Of a DNA stretch of 64,000 bases, positions 55,110-64,000 are shown piece by piece. Source of the DNA: a virus; the IMG/VR virus record IMGVR_UViG_3300010354_015978, positions 46,676-110,675 of that record; one strand, given 5' to 3'. The notes under the pieces are model-generated. The model searched no databases and was not told the DNA's origin. It worked only from the letters and a program-made list of their open reading frames with translations. Numbering within the stretch: the stretch's first letter is position 1; each line of letters opens with the position of its first letter. Position numbers and translations under genes: made by a program.

Positions 55110-57769
55110 TGAAAGTCAAACAACGTTTGGAAAGTGTTTTCGGTGTTGGTGGCCGACAGCAAGTCCCAATCCAATACACCCAGGAGGTTGTCGATCTTGC
55201 CGTCTATGACCGTGGCTTCCATGGCAGCATCATCAAACGGCAGATCTCGGAACCACTGCGGCAGATGCAGTTCATCTGTGGGATAGGCCACACTGGTCCA
55301 GCCCAGAGCATTGTCTTTGAGCTTGCACACGATGACTTTCATGCCATCCACGATCTGCATGCTGTAGTTGTCGCTGTTCATGCGTCGCAGCGTGTTCCAG
55401 TTCATGCCGGCTCGCACATGTCCCGGCATGTTGGTCTTGCCTTCCGCATGCTCGCGCTTGCTGTACATGGTGAGATTGTTCACACGCTTGGGGGATCCTT
55501 TTTCCCAGCCCGGCCTATCAGCAAACGTGTACTTGAAGTCGCGGATCTTCTGCACCACATCATCGCGCATCGCACCCACCAGCACGTCCTGCAGGATGTC
55601 ACTGAGGAAGTCCTGGATGATCTTGGGAGTGTCGCTGCGTTTGAGATCCAGGCCCATGGCCTTGACCTTGCCGGGTTTGCCGTTGACGTCGATGCGCTTG
55701 CCTTCTTTGTCAATGATCATGACAGCGTAGCGTTTCTTTGTGATGAACAAGCCCTTGCTGGCCACCAGTTCTCGTCCGCCGCGTATCACGCTGCCCAGTT
55801 CGCGAGGAACATGGAACGCTTGCTCCATGAATCCCGGAAAGCTCTGGTTGACTTGATCTGCGATGCTGTCATAGAGCTGGATGCAGACTTCCTTGGACCA
55901 AGGCATGCGCCCTGACTCAACTTCGCTGCGCACAGCAGGCCATGCGGAAAAGTAGCAGGAGTCTGTGTCACCGTATATGATTGCTTCGCCCACGTGATCA
56001 TAGCGTCCCGTGATACACTCATTGACGTGAGCGTCCATGTGTCGGGCGATGGCACGACCCGTCAGCGTGGTACTCTGACCGATGCGTTTGTCAAAAAACC
56101 TACAACCGGGATTGAGAATGGCACCATAGAGACTGTTCAAGTTAATCTTCTTGACCAACTGCCGCTTGTCCCAGTAGGCCTCGTCTTCCTTGCTGGTACT
56201 CTCTTTGAGCTTCTTCTGCATCTCTTTACGCTCTGCGTACCAGCGCTTGAGCAGTCCGGGGATCACTGCTTCTGTGTCAAACGTGAATATAGTGCCGTTG
56301 GCGCTGAGGATCCAGGGACGGTTGCTGTCAAAGATCATGTGCCACACTTCTGCGGCGCTGTGTACGGTTTCCTCGCCGTTCTCCCAGTCTATGGTGATCT
56401 CGGTACCGCGTTGCTGTTCCATGACAGCGGTGTATTCCAATGTACCAAATAGGCCTTCCCAGGCCGCGGCAAAACTGGCACCACCCGCCTGCTTTTCAGC
56501 GATGTAGCGGTCAGTCATGATGGGACGCAGTTGCCCCACGATGGTCTCGGGTCCCATGTTCAAGGCACGGATGGTACTGGGATAGAGACTGTTGATGTCG
56601 ATACTGCCCACCCAGTCATGCATGCCCTTCTTGGGATAGGCCACGTAGGCTCCTGCGGCCTGAGTTTCTTCATCTGTGAGCTGCTCGCGCCGATTGGGCA
56701 CCACCATGCCGCGCTCGTGCGCTTCGTTGATGATGGCCTGCTCTGTCACAGCCACAGCGCCCATGGTGGTGGGCAGTAGCACTGTGTTTTCGTGCGCTAG
56801 TGTGTTGGCTAGGTCCAGGAAACGCAGTTTGCGATCAATGTTGGCCAGCAGCGTGACGTCCTGGCGGTTGTACTCGATAAATGTCTTCCAGTTCTGGTTG
56901 TAGAGCTGGTCCAAGGTGCCTTCAAACGCTGTCTTGCTGCCCAGTTCTTCGTACTCACCAATGGCATCCAGGCTGTAACTGTGACGTTCTTCATAGGTGT
57001 ACTTGCGATACAGTTGCATGTAGTCAAGATGCACACGACCAATGAGATCAAACGTGATGTTTTCTGCGCCGAATCTCTCAAAGGTTCTCTGCTTGGGCAG
57101 TTGATTCCAGAGACAAAAACGCCGCGTGTCGTCCTTGCTCAATACACGAGTCACGCGCTGCACCACATAGGGTATGTCGTAGCCTTCTGAGTTCCATCCG
57201 CTCAGGACGTCGGCATCATCTATGAGATTGAGAAAGGTGTCCAAGAGCTCGCTTTCCTCACGGAACACAAATGTGTTGGGGAACTCACGCGCGATTTCGG
57301 CGGCAGTGTCATCGCTCATGTGTCGAGGTGGGATCACCAGCGTGACCAGTTGATCCAGCCAGTCGAGATACACCGATATGGCTGTGATGGGATTGAAGGG
57401 ATCTTCGGGACGGCTGAATCCGCGCTCGGGATCGAAGTCTACTTCAATGTCAAAGAACGCGGTGTGCAGTCGCGGCGCGTCTTGCCCTTTGTAATTGGTC
57501 TCCAGGCACCGGAACACGGGATTGATGTCGCCCTCGTAGATTTTCTTGCCACTCTGCACACGCAGTTCCTTGCGGAACTCTTTGCTGTGGCGGCTGGAGA
57601 ATCTCGATACCGGAGTGTTGAAGATGCTGCGGAACTTGCCCCGGGGATCATCGTAATAGAATATAAACGTGGCGGGATACTCGGCATAGTATCTCTCGCC
57701 ACGTTTGTCGCGACCCACGATATGGATCTGATCGCGATCACGATCAAAAAGTGCGTCTACGTAACTCAT
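55106..57769 (-). CDS. family B DNA polymerase (T4 gp43-like)
   Basis: ExoI FDIEVD; DINSLYPS; KKINLNSLYG; YGDTDS; KKRY. Confidence 0.97.
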   Translation of the reverse strand: MSYVDALFDRDRDQIHIVGRDKRGERYYAEYPATFIFYYDDPRGKFRSIFNTPVSRFSSRHSKEFRKELRVQSGKKIYEGDINPVFRCLETNYKGQDAPRLHTAFFDIEVDFDPERGFSRPEDPFNPITAISVYLDWLDQLVTLVIPPRHMSDDTAAEIAREFPNTFVFREESELLDTFLNLIDDADVLSGWNSEGYDIPYVVQRVTRVLSKDDTRRFCLWNQLPKQRTFERFGAENITFDLIGRVHLDYMQLYRKYTYEERHSYSLDAIGEYEELGSKTAFEGTLDQLYNQNWKTFIEYNRQDVTLLANIDRKLRFLDLANTLAHENTVLLPTTMGAVAVTEQAIINEAHERGMVVPNRREQLTDEETQAAGAYVAYPKKGMHDWVGSIDINSLYPSTIRALNMGPETIVGQLRPIMTDRYIAEKQAGGASFAAAWEGLFGTLEYTAVMEQQRGTEITIDWENGEETVHSAAEVWHMIFDSNRPWILSANGTIFTFDTEAVIPGLLKRWYAERKEMQKKLKESTSKEDEAYWDKRQLVKKINLNSLYGAILNPGCRFFDKRIGQSTTLTGRAIARHMDAHVNECITGRYDHVGEAIIYGDTDSCYFSAWPAVRSEVESGRMPWSKEVCIQLYDSIADQVNQSFPGFMEQAFHVPRELGSVIRGGRELVASKGLFITKKRYAVMIIDKEGKRIDVNGKPGKVKAMGLDLKRSDTPKIIQDFLSDILQDVLVGAMRDDVVQKIRDFKYTFADRPGWEKGSPKRVNNLTMYSKREHAEGKTNMPGHVRAGMNWNTLRRMNSDNYSMQIVDGMKVIVCKLKDNALGWTSVAYPTDELHLPQWFRDLPFDDAAMEATVIDGKIDNLLGVLDWDLLSATNTENTFQTLFDFQ

Positions 57770-57869
57770 GTCTCTCCCATGGATTATGGCCCATGTTGCC
57801 TTGATTCGTGCTGGTTACGCCAGCGATGCGCCATTGGACTGTCAATGGTATTTAGGCCGCGTAGATGCT

Positions 57870-58133
57870 TTACAGAGTTTTGCCTACTGTGGTAAGGATC
57901 GTCTCCAACAGTTCATGGTCCTGCTGTTCCTTGCCAAATTCGGCCTTGTGCGCGAGTCGGATGGCTTTCTTTAGCACACTGGGTTTGATCTCCATCTCTT
58001 CTGCGATGGCCTTGATGGTGTCGCTGAGTCCGGCATTGAGTGTTTCCACTTCATGCATCACGGCCATGCCTTCATTGATGATTTGGGTCAGCTTGGCCTT
58101 TTGTTCGGCGTTGAAAGTTTTGTTCGAATTCAT
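57870..58133 (-). CDS. T4 DsbA-like dsDNA-binding protein
   Basis: 87 aa helical; IKAIAEEMEIKPSVLKKAIRLAHK. Confidence 0.6.
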   Translation of the reverse strand: MNSNKTFNAEQKAKLTQIINEGMAVMHEVETLNAGLSDTIKAIAEEMEIKPSVLKKAIRLAHKAEFGKEQQDHELLETILTTVGKTL

Positions 58134-58181
58134 GTGTTACTCCTGATAGGATAGCCTATTGTAGCAGATCTACAACTGTTG

Positions 58182-59291
58182 TCAACTGATCTGATCAATG
58201 TGCATGCCGTTCATGCAGTGGATACCCGGTAGGTGTGCTACCTTCAATAGTTCTTGTCGGGCTGACTCAAACTCGGGGTGGGTGTTGTCAAATACATCAG
58301 CGTTTTTGAATCCACCTGGTCCCATGACACCACCAAAATCAAGGAGTCGGCAATACTCCACTGTGTCCACATTGAAAGTCTGGCTGAGTTCATAAAACTC
58401 CAGCATTTCATGATAGTTGTCTTTTTGTACCACCATGCGGTTATTGAACTTCATACCATTCTTAGATTTTTTGTTTTTGAGCCACGCCATGGCCTCCAGG
58501 ATGTCGTGCCATTTACCACCACGGCGCAGGCGCTCATAGGTAGCCGGTCGCGCAGCGTCCATGGTCACTGTGATGGCGCTGACTCGGTCCTGCATGTCTC
58601 CCAGCCTGTGCCACCGCTCTGGTGCCAACAGTCCATTGGTTTGGATACTGAGACGTAGATTAGGAAAATTCTGCACTGGTATGTCATTGACAAACCGCAT
58701 CAGCATGGGACTAGCAAATAGTTCACCTGTGGTACTTAAATGTAACCTTATGTCATGATCTGCGCTGCCACAAAAAATAGCTCTGGTCAGTTTGGCTCCA
58801 ATTTCTTCATTGCGCTTTGTTTCCCAAGCCTCATTGGTCTTGACCTTGGTACGACAACTGGGGCAACTTAGATTACAAGTTTCATCACCGGCCAGGGTGA
58901 TGTCATAGGGCATGATCCAACGGTTGGGATCATCAAGGATTTCCAAAACTCGCGGTGGCGTATTGTCGCGTGTATTGAGGTTGTTGGTTGCGATGAGACC
59001 ACACTTTCGGTCGTCACAATAATCATAGGTACCTTGAGCTATGCTGCCTCGTATGGCAGTGCTAAACTCATTGCCCAGAATTTCTGGCAGTGTTTCCCGA
59101 AAGATGTTGCCTACTATGCTTGGCTGCCAGGCCGTACAACCACATAGCGCGACCGCGCCGTCTAGGTGTATGTTCACGCTGATGTAAGGCGTCAAACAAA
59201 TTTTGCCCTGCAGTTTTTTACTACCACCCACGGGCGTAAGCCATTTGCCTGACTGTCTTATGGGCACGACTCGCGAGGTTTGCACGGACAT
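58182..59291 (-). CDS. radical SAM protein with N-terminal SPASM domain
   Basis: CNLSCPSC; TTGELF; QTNG; RRGGKW. Confidence 0.9.
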   Translation of the reverse strand: MSVQTSRVVPIRQSGKWLTPVGGSKKLQGKICLTPYISVNIHLDGAVALCGCTAWQPSIVGNIFRETLPEILGNEFSTAIRGSIAQGTYDYCDDRKCGLIATNNLNTRDNTPPRVLEILDDPNRWIMPYDITLAGDETCNLSCPSCRTKVKTNEAWETKRNEEIGAKLTRAIFCGSADHDIRLHLSTTGELFASPMLMRFVNDIPVQNFPNLRLSIQTNGLLAPERWHRLGDMQDRVSAITVTMDAARPATYERLRRGGKWHDILEAMAWLKNKKSKNGMKFNNRMVVQKDNYHEMLEFYELSQTFNVDTVEYCRLLDFGGVMGPGGFKNADVFDNTHPEFESARQELLKVAHLPGIHCMNGMHIDQIS

Positions 59292-59292
59292 A

Positions 59293-60576
59293 TCAATAGC
59301 GATAGGTATCAGGCTTGTAAGGACCGCCGGGGCGAACGTTGATGTACTGTGCCTGCTGATCAGTTAGACGAGTGAGCTGTGCACCTATGCGCTCCAGATG
59401 CAGCCGAGCAACTTCTTCGTCAAGATGTTTGGGCAGCAGGTAGATCTCGCCAGGCTGGTAACGGTCATTGTGTTGGAACAGTTCAATCTGTGCCAGCACC
59501 TGGTTGGTAAAACTATTGCTCATGACAAAACTAGGATGCCCTGTGGCACAACCCAGATTGACCAAGCGCCCCCGGGCCAGGAGTATGATACGGTGCCCAT
59601 CAGGGAAGATCACATGATCCACTTGCGGCTTGATCTCTTCCCACCAGCAGTCTTGCAGTGCAGCCACATCAATCTCGTTGTCAAAGTGACCAATGTTGCA
59701 CACTATGGCTTGATCGCGCATGCGATCCATGTGCTCGCGCGTAATGACATTGACATTGCCGGTGGCCGTGACAAAGATGTCGGCCTTGTCCGCCGCGTAT
59801 TCCATGGTGACCACGCGGTAGCCCTCCATGGCTGCTTGCAGGGCACAGATGGGATCTACTTCTGTGACCCAAACCTGGGCGCTCAAGGCACGCAGCGCAG
59901 CCGCAGAACCTTTGCCCACATCACCAAAGCCCGCTACCACAGCAACCTTGCCGGCGATCATGACATCAGTGGCGCGCTTGATACCGTCCACAAGACTCTC
60001 TCGGCAGCCATAGAGATTGTCAAACTTGCTCTTGGTAACTGAGTCATTGACGTTGAACGCCGGGAACGGCAGCAGTTTTTGTGCTGCCTTCTCGCGCAGG
60101 CGTTGTATGCCCGTGGTGGTCTCTTCACTGACACCCACGATGCCGGGCAGCAGTTGGGGATATTTGGTTATCACACGATCTGTGAGATCATGACCATCGT
60201 CCAACAGCATGTTGGGCTGCCAACCTTCCAAGGTCTGGTCTATGCACCACCAGTATTCTTCTTCGGTCTCGCCCTTCCATGCGTACACCGGTATGCCCAG
60301 ATCAGCAATGGCCGCGGCAGCATGGTCCTGTGTGCTGAAAATATTGCAGCTGGACCAGCGCACTTCTGCGCCCAGGGCCACCAAGACCTTGATCAGTACC
60401 GCGGTCTGGATGGTCATGTGCAGACTACCAGCGATGCGGGCGCCATACAGGGGCTTGAGGTTTTGGTAACGACGCAGGATCTGCATGAGACCCGGCATTT
60501 CACTTTCTGCTATGGCAATCTCTTTATGGCCCCATGCGGCCAGCGCGATATCCGCGACTTTGTATGGGATGGTCAT
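59293..60576 (-). CDS. ahcY: S-adenosylhomocysteine hydrolase
   Basis: [12 protein letters not shown]; SCNIFSTQD; EETTTG; [11 protein letters not shown]; GFGDVGKG; CNIGHFD. Confidence 0.98.
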   Translation of the reverse strand: MTIPYKVADIALAAWGHKEIAIAESEMPGLMQILRRYQNLKPLYGARIAGSLHMTIQTAVLIKVLVALGAEVRWSSCNIFSTQDHAAAAIADLGIPVYAWKGETEEEYWWCIDQTLEGWQPNMLLDDGHDLTDRVITKYPQLLPGIVGVSEETTTGIQRLREKAAQKLLPFPAFNVNDSVTKSKFDNLYGCRESLVDGIKRATDVMIAGKVAVVAGFGDVGKGSAAALRALSAQVWVTEVDPICALQAAMEGYRVVTMEYAADKADIFVTATGNVNVITREHMDRMRDQAIVCNIGHFDNEIDVAALQDCWWEEIKPQVDHVIFPDGHRIILLARGRLVNLGCATGHPSFVMSNSFTNQVLAQIELFQHNDRYQPGEIYLLPKHLDEEVARLHLERIGAQLTRLTDQQAQYINVRPGGPYKPDTYRY

Positions 60577-60661
60577 AGCAATATATATGCTCACTTCGTT
60601 GCCAAGGGTAGCGAATCCAGGCTCCAGGCAGCAGCCGCCTTATCACTTAGGGTCTACGGTC

Positions 60662-60898
60662 CTAAGGTGAATTCCGGAGGCGATGATATACCTCGATTTG
60701 GTCCAGCATGTTTTTCAGCACAGGGTCATTTTGGGCGGCACGATGTATGTCTCCCCAGAGCTTGCTGTGGCGCAGTTGTTCTTCCAGTTTTTGCTTGCGC
60801 GGGCTCACTGAGTACAGGGTACGTTCCACGCTGCCAGGTTGGCGCACATACACGGTCTCCCCGCCGTCGGGACTTTCAAAGATCTGTAGTGGTTGCAT
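60662..60898 (-). CDS. hypothetical protein (start MQPLQIFESPDGG)
   Basis: operon packing. Confidence 0.7.
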   Translation of the reverse strand: MQPLQIFESPDGGETVYVRQPGSVERTLYSVSPRKQKLEEQLRHSKLWGDIHRAAQNDPVLKNMLDQIEVYHRLRNSP

Positions 60899-60899
60899 G

Positions 60900-61121
60900 T
60901 TAACCGCGTGGTTGTCCGCGTTGTGGGAATTTGCGTGCTCGTATTTGGTCTTGCAGTTGTTCTCGGGCATGATCAAAGTCTGTGGCAGCGATGTTGACAT
61001 CGCGTTCGGTCACGGTCTCTGGTACCGCAACCACATAGTTGGTGGCGCGCCGACGCTGGGCTCGGCGTATGATGGCCTGCTGTTCGAGTTCTATCAGGGT
61101 GAATTTGTAGTTGGTGGTCAT
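60900..61121 (-). CDS. hypothetical protein (start MTTNYK)
   Basis: ATGA coupling. Confidence 0.65.
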   Translation of the reverse strand: MTTNYKFTLIELEQQAIIRRAQRRRATNYVVAVPETVTERDVNIAATDFDHAREQLQDQIRARKFPQRGQPRG

Positions 61122-61534
61122 TGGCGTATGGGTCCGCCTTCTACCCAGGCAGTGCAGGTGCGCTTGGCGGCACACTTGAACTTGAGGAACTTGCAGTAGC
61201 CCAGTGTGCCGGCGTCAATGGTGCTCATGGGGTCACTGCCGGGTTCACTGCCGATGCCCCGGGCGATGCAATCCAGCATCCGGTCCGAGATGTCAAATGC
61301 AGCACAGTTGCCGCAGCGAGCAGATTTGGCCTGCTCGATGTCGTCCATGTTCCACTCTTTGGCAATGCCGGCCCAGTAGACCTCATTGGGTTCGTTGGGA
61401 TCCAAGGGACCATACATGTATTCATCTATGGCCTTTTTGCGATTCTTGAGATTGAGATCAATGTTCTGTGTAGCGGGCGGGCATCCACGCTCCATGGCTT
61501 CCAGCATGTTGATCACGTCTCTCATGACAGTCAT
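61118..61534 (-). CDS. Cys-motif hypothetical protein
   Basis: CGNC...GYC...KCAAKRTC.AW. Confidence 0.75.
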   Translation of the reverse strand: MTVMRDVINMLEAMERGCPPATQNIDLNLKNRKKAIDEYMYGPLDPNEPNEVYWAGIAKEWNMDDIEQAKSARCGNCAAFDISDRMLDCIARGIGSEPGSDPMSTIDAGTLGYCKFLKFKCAAKRTCTAWVEGGPIRQ

Positions 61535-61750
61535 CCGTTGAGTTTGACAGACATGCTATTGACCATGCCTATCTTGCGTACACGTCGTGTTCTACGTGGG
61601 TTGTTGGCCTCGTGTACCGGTGCCGTGGGCGTCACTGGCGAGGCGTGTCGATTATTGGCACGGTTGTGCTTGTTGTTGGGTTCCGGACGAACCTCAACAT
61701 GTTCGGGCTGGCGCAGTGGCACGATGCGGGGATTACTTGGTTTTGACATT
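61531..61750 (-). CDS. basic hypothetical protein MSKPSNPRIV...
   Basis: fills the gap; ATGA coupling to the next ORF. Confidence 0.5.
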
Positions 61751-62092
61751 TTTTGCTGATCCTTGTCGTTCGGGGTTGGGATCTTGCCTGCGCTTCCTAG
61801 CCGCTGCCGATGCCCGACCTTTCTTGCCCAGCGCATGAGCCTTGCTCTGCGGGAGGCATTTGGGTTTGCCTTCGCCTTCACTGCCACGCGCACAGTCACC
61901 GCGTATCTTGCCGTCGGGACCAAAGCGAACCCACTTCTCTCGGAACCACTTGCGCAGATCCTCGTCCAAGGCTTCGTTCTTGTTGCGTCCCGCGCAGTGA
62001 GCGCGTTGACTAAAGCCGCGCGGTCTAGCACAGTTGATGGAACGTTTGTATTTGGTGCTCCACTTCTCTGTAATGAACTCGCTTGCTCTCAT
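61733..62092 (-). CDS. putative internal head protein (MRASEFITE)
   Basis: T4 capsid-targeting-like N-terminus; basic Cys-containing modules. Confidence 0.75.
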   Translation of the reverse strand: MRASEFITEKWSTKYKRSINCARPRGFSQRAHCAGRNKNEALDEDLRKWFREKWVRFGPDGKIRGDCARGSEGEGKPKCLPQSKAHALGKKGRASAAARKRRQDPNPERQGSAKNVKTK

Positions 62093-62094
62093 AG

Positions 62095-63420
62095 TTATCG
62101 TGGCACCGTGATGCCGTATTTTTCTGCCAGGTTGTTGCGCACGGTCTGGTAATAGGTCACGGCTGCTGCGGCCTTGGCAGCATCGCTGCTGGAACGCATG
62201 TTCATGGCACGAGCCTGCCAGAATTCTTTTTCCTGGGCTGCCAGTCTAAATGCATCACGATCACGTGGGTCCTGCAGTTGGTGTGCAAACCATCGATCAA
62301 ACTGGCGCTCTTCAGCGCGATATTGATTGATCTCTTGAGTGACCACTCTCCGCAACACGTCGCGATTGTCTAGGCCGCGATTCTGATTAACCACGCCCAC
62401 GACCATGGGCAGGGCTCGAGCCACATCGCCAAGATCAAATGCATTGGCATTTTGTGATGCCATGGGTCCCAGCAGACCCAGGCTCATGACAATGGCAGCA
62501 GCCTTTTCCTTGAGTCCTTCATTTAGATCAACTTCGTTGAGTGATTGACCGCGCAATGTGCCTACAGTCACGGCCGGCGTCTTGAGACGCATTTTTTCAT
62601 TGGCGGCAGATACCACGCTGTCAAACTCCAAAGCAAATACTCGATTACCGTCTTTGTCCCGACTCTCTGGTCCCAGGACATATCGCCCATTGGCTATGAC
62701 ATTGGCGGCCGCTGCTGCTTTGCTGCTCAAGGGCACCGCGGGCAACTTTGTAGTGCCTTCGCCGCCCTTGTAGGTCCTTATGGTGCTGGGCTTGAATCCC
62801 TCATCTCGCATGATTTCAGGATATTCCATCATGTCCGGACCTGCCAGCACCAACTTGGGTCCTGCTACGATTTTGGCATAGAATACTCCGGAATCGCCTT
62901 CCAGGATTTCTCGCACAAAGTCAACGTTGAAGTCCAGCGTGGCCTGTCCACTGACCTTGGGTGCTGTCTCAATTTCTTGATCGATAGCATTCTGCAGATT
63001 CTTCAAGGCTTCATTGGGTGTGTCACCCTTGGCCTTGAACTTGGCTTGCAAAGTCCGGGGATTTTCCGCCACTGCGATGAAATACAGATTGTTGAACTTT
63101 TTGCGGCTGACATAGACGTCGTAACGTTTGTATGAGTCTAGAGCTTGATACTTTTTGTCCGCTGCGTAGCCTGTGAGTTCGGTGAGCGACTGGCTTTCAT
63201 TTTTGGCCTTGTTGCCCCAGTTGGCAGCACCTTTTTTACGGCATTGTACCAAGGCACCTGATGCATAGGCACTGGGCCATATCTTGTAGCGGCTTTTGAC
63301 TTTGTGATAACACGCGTCTTGCTTCTCGGCCAGTACAGGATCAGACACAGCAACACCGCCACAACGGGGACATTTGTTTTCGTGAATGATTTTTTCTGCT
63401 ACAAATTCTGTGGCTCTCAT
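62095..63420 (-). CDS. putative multi-module internal head protein (MRATEFVAE)
   Basis: capsid-targeting-like N-terminus; modules separated by LxE sites. Confidence 0.75.
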   Translation of the reverse strand: MRATEFVAEKIIHENKCPRCGGVAVSDPVLAEKQDACYHKVKSRYKIWPSAYASGALVQCRKKGAANWGNKAKNESQSLTELTGYAADKKYQALDSYKRYDVYVSRKKFNNLYFIAVAENPRTLQAKFKAKGDTPNEALKNLQNAIDQEIETAPKVSGQATLDFNVDFVREILEGDSGVFYAKIVAGPKLVLAGPDMMEYPEIMRDEGFKPSTIRTYKGGEGTTKLPAVPLSSKAAAAANVIANGRYVLGPESRDKDGNRVFALEFDSVVSAANEKMRLKTPAVTVGTLRGQSLNEVDLNEGLKEKAAAIVMSLGLLGPMASQNANAFDLGDVARALPMVVGVVNQNRGLDNRDVLRRVVTQEINQYRAEERQFDRWFAHQLQDPRDRDAFRLAAQEKEFWQARAMNMRSSSDAAKAAAAVTYYQTVRNNLAEKYGITVPR

Positions 63421-64000
63421 GATGTGATTCCCATGCGCTGTAGCCAGCTCTGGCGTTGTGGTGCTGAGGCAGGTTGGTTGCGCGACTGTCTTGCGGTGCG
63501 AGTCTGTGGCGCAGCACGAGCGGCAGCGGCTTCAGGCGCCCCTGCCATGTGCAGGTCAAATTGTTGATCCAGGAATGCCGACATGCTCTGTGGCAGGGCT
63601 CGATCTGGACGTTTCATCAGTGCCCATTCGCCGCGGTCATTGAGTCCAAAATCGCTGTTATTGTATCGGATCACGATGGGCTCATCATTGACTATGGATA
63701 CACCTTGTGCCAAAGTGGATGGGGCACTAGACTGAGTGGGTGCCGGAGCAGGTGCTGGCGTCTGCGTCGGTGCAGGAACAGGTGCTGGAGCAGGAGCTGG
63801 TGTTGACGTCTGCGACGGAGCTGGAGCTGGAGCTGGTGTTGACGTCTGCGACGGAGCTGGAGCTGGAGCTGGTGTTGACGTCTGCGACGGAGCTGGAGCT
63901 GGAGCCGGAGCCGGAGTAGGTGCAGCAGGTGCAGCCGCACCACTGCGTCGTGACAACTCATCGCGAGCAGCCTGTATTACCGGGGATGCGTCTGTGGCGC
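63417..64000 (-). CDS. Pro/Ala-rich protein, probably 5'-truncated by the window edge
   Basis: frame stays open to the window end; PAPAPAPSQTST repeats. Confidence 0.7.
   Translation of the reverse strand, partial: ATDASPVIQAARDELSRRSGAAAPAAPTPAPAPAPAPSQTSTPAPAPAPSQTSTPAPAPAPSQTSTPAPAPAPVPAPTQTPAPAPAPTQSSAPSTLAQGVSIVNDEPIVIRYNNSDFGLNDRGEWALMKRPDRALPQSMSAFLDQQFDLHMAGAPEAAAARAAPQTRTARQSRNQPASAPQRQSWLQRMGITS
63793..63900. repeat. 36-bp tandem repeat x3 (coding)
   Basis: ggagctggtgttgacgtctgcgacggagctggagct. Confidence 0.9.

Noticed and set aside
55106-57769. Intein or intron in the polymerase
   Set aside because: 887 aa with normal motif spacing and no intein signatures.
60589-60670. Canonical SAH riboswitch upstream of ahcY
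   Set aside because: The expected GAGCGCUGC / CAGGCUC / ACGxCGCUC core is not present in the sense orientation. Kept only as an unknown motif.

Overview
A 64-kb segment of a large T4-like dsDNA myophage (about 55% GC). A proteobacterial, possibly betaproteobacterial, host is inferred from the tmRNA tag and the ahpC-ahpD, ahcY and terC genes. Almost all genes are on the minus strand. In order: (1) thyX and a MoxR AAA+/VWA pair; (2) a circularly permuted two-piece tmRNA; (3) an array of 24 tRNAs (8.3-16.9 kb) interleaved with several unannotated structured RNAs, small ORFs and tailoring enzymes; (4) upstream of that array, a sigma70 promoter, a 41-codon leader peptide containing all 20 amino acids, and a terminator/antiterminator, which together look like a general translation-sensing attenuator; (5) a collagen-like tail fibre and its chaperone; (6) an oxidative/metal-stress island with ahpC-ahpD, an OxyR box and a yybP-ykoY riboswitch ahead of terC; (7) many small hypothetical genes, a GIY-YIG nuclease and a T4 RNase H-like nuclease; (8) a 7-deazaguanine DNA-modification locus (folE, queD, queE, DpdL-like T-fold protein, DpdA/TGT-like protein, no queC seen) mixed with glycosyltransferases, GalE, an aminotransferase, methyltransferases, a PRTase, MazG, HIT and an MBD4-like glycosylase, next to a clamp-like gene and a family B DNA polymerase; (9) ahcY and putative internal head proteins with T4-type capsid-targeting N-termini. 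All calls come from motif reading only; no database search was run.
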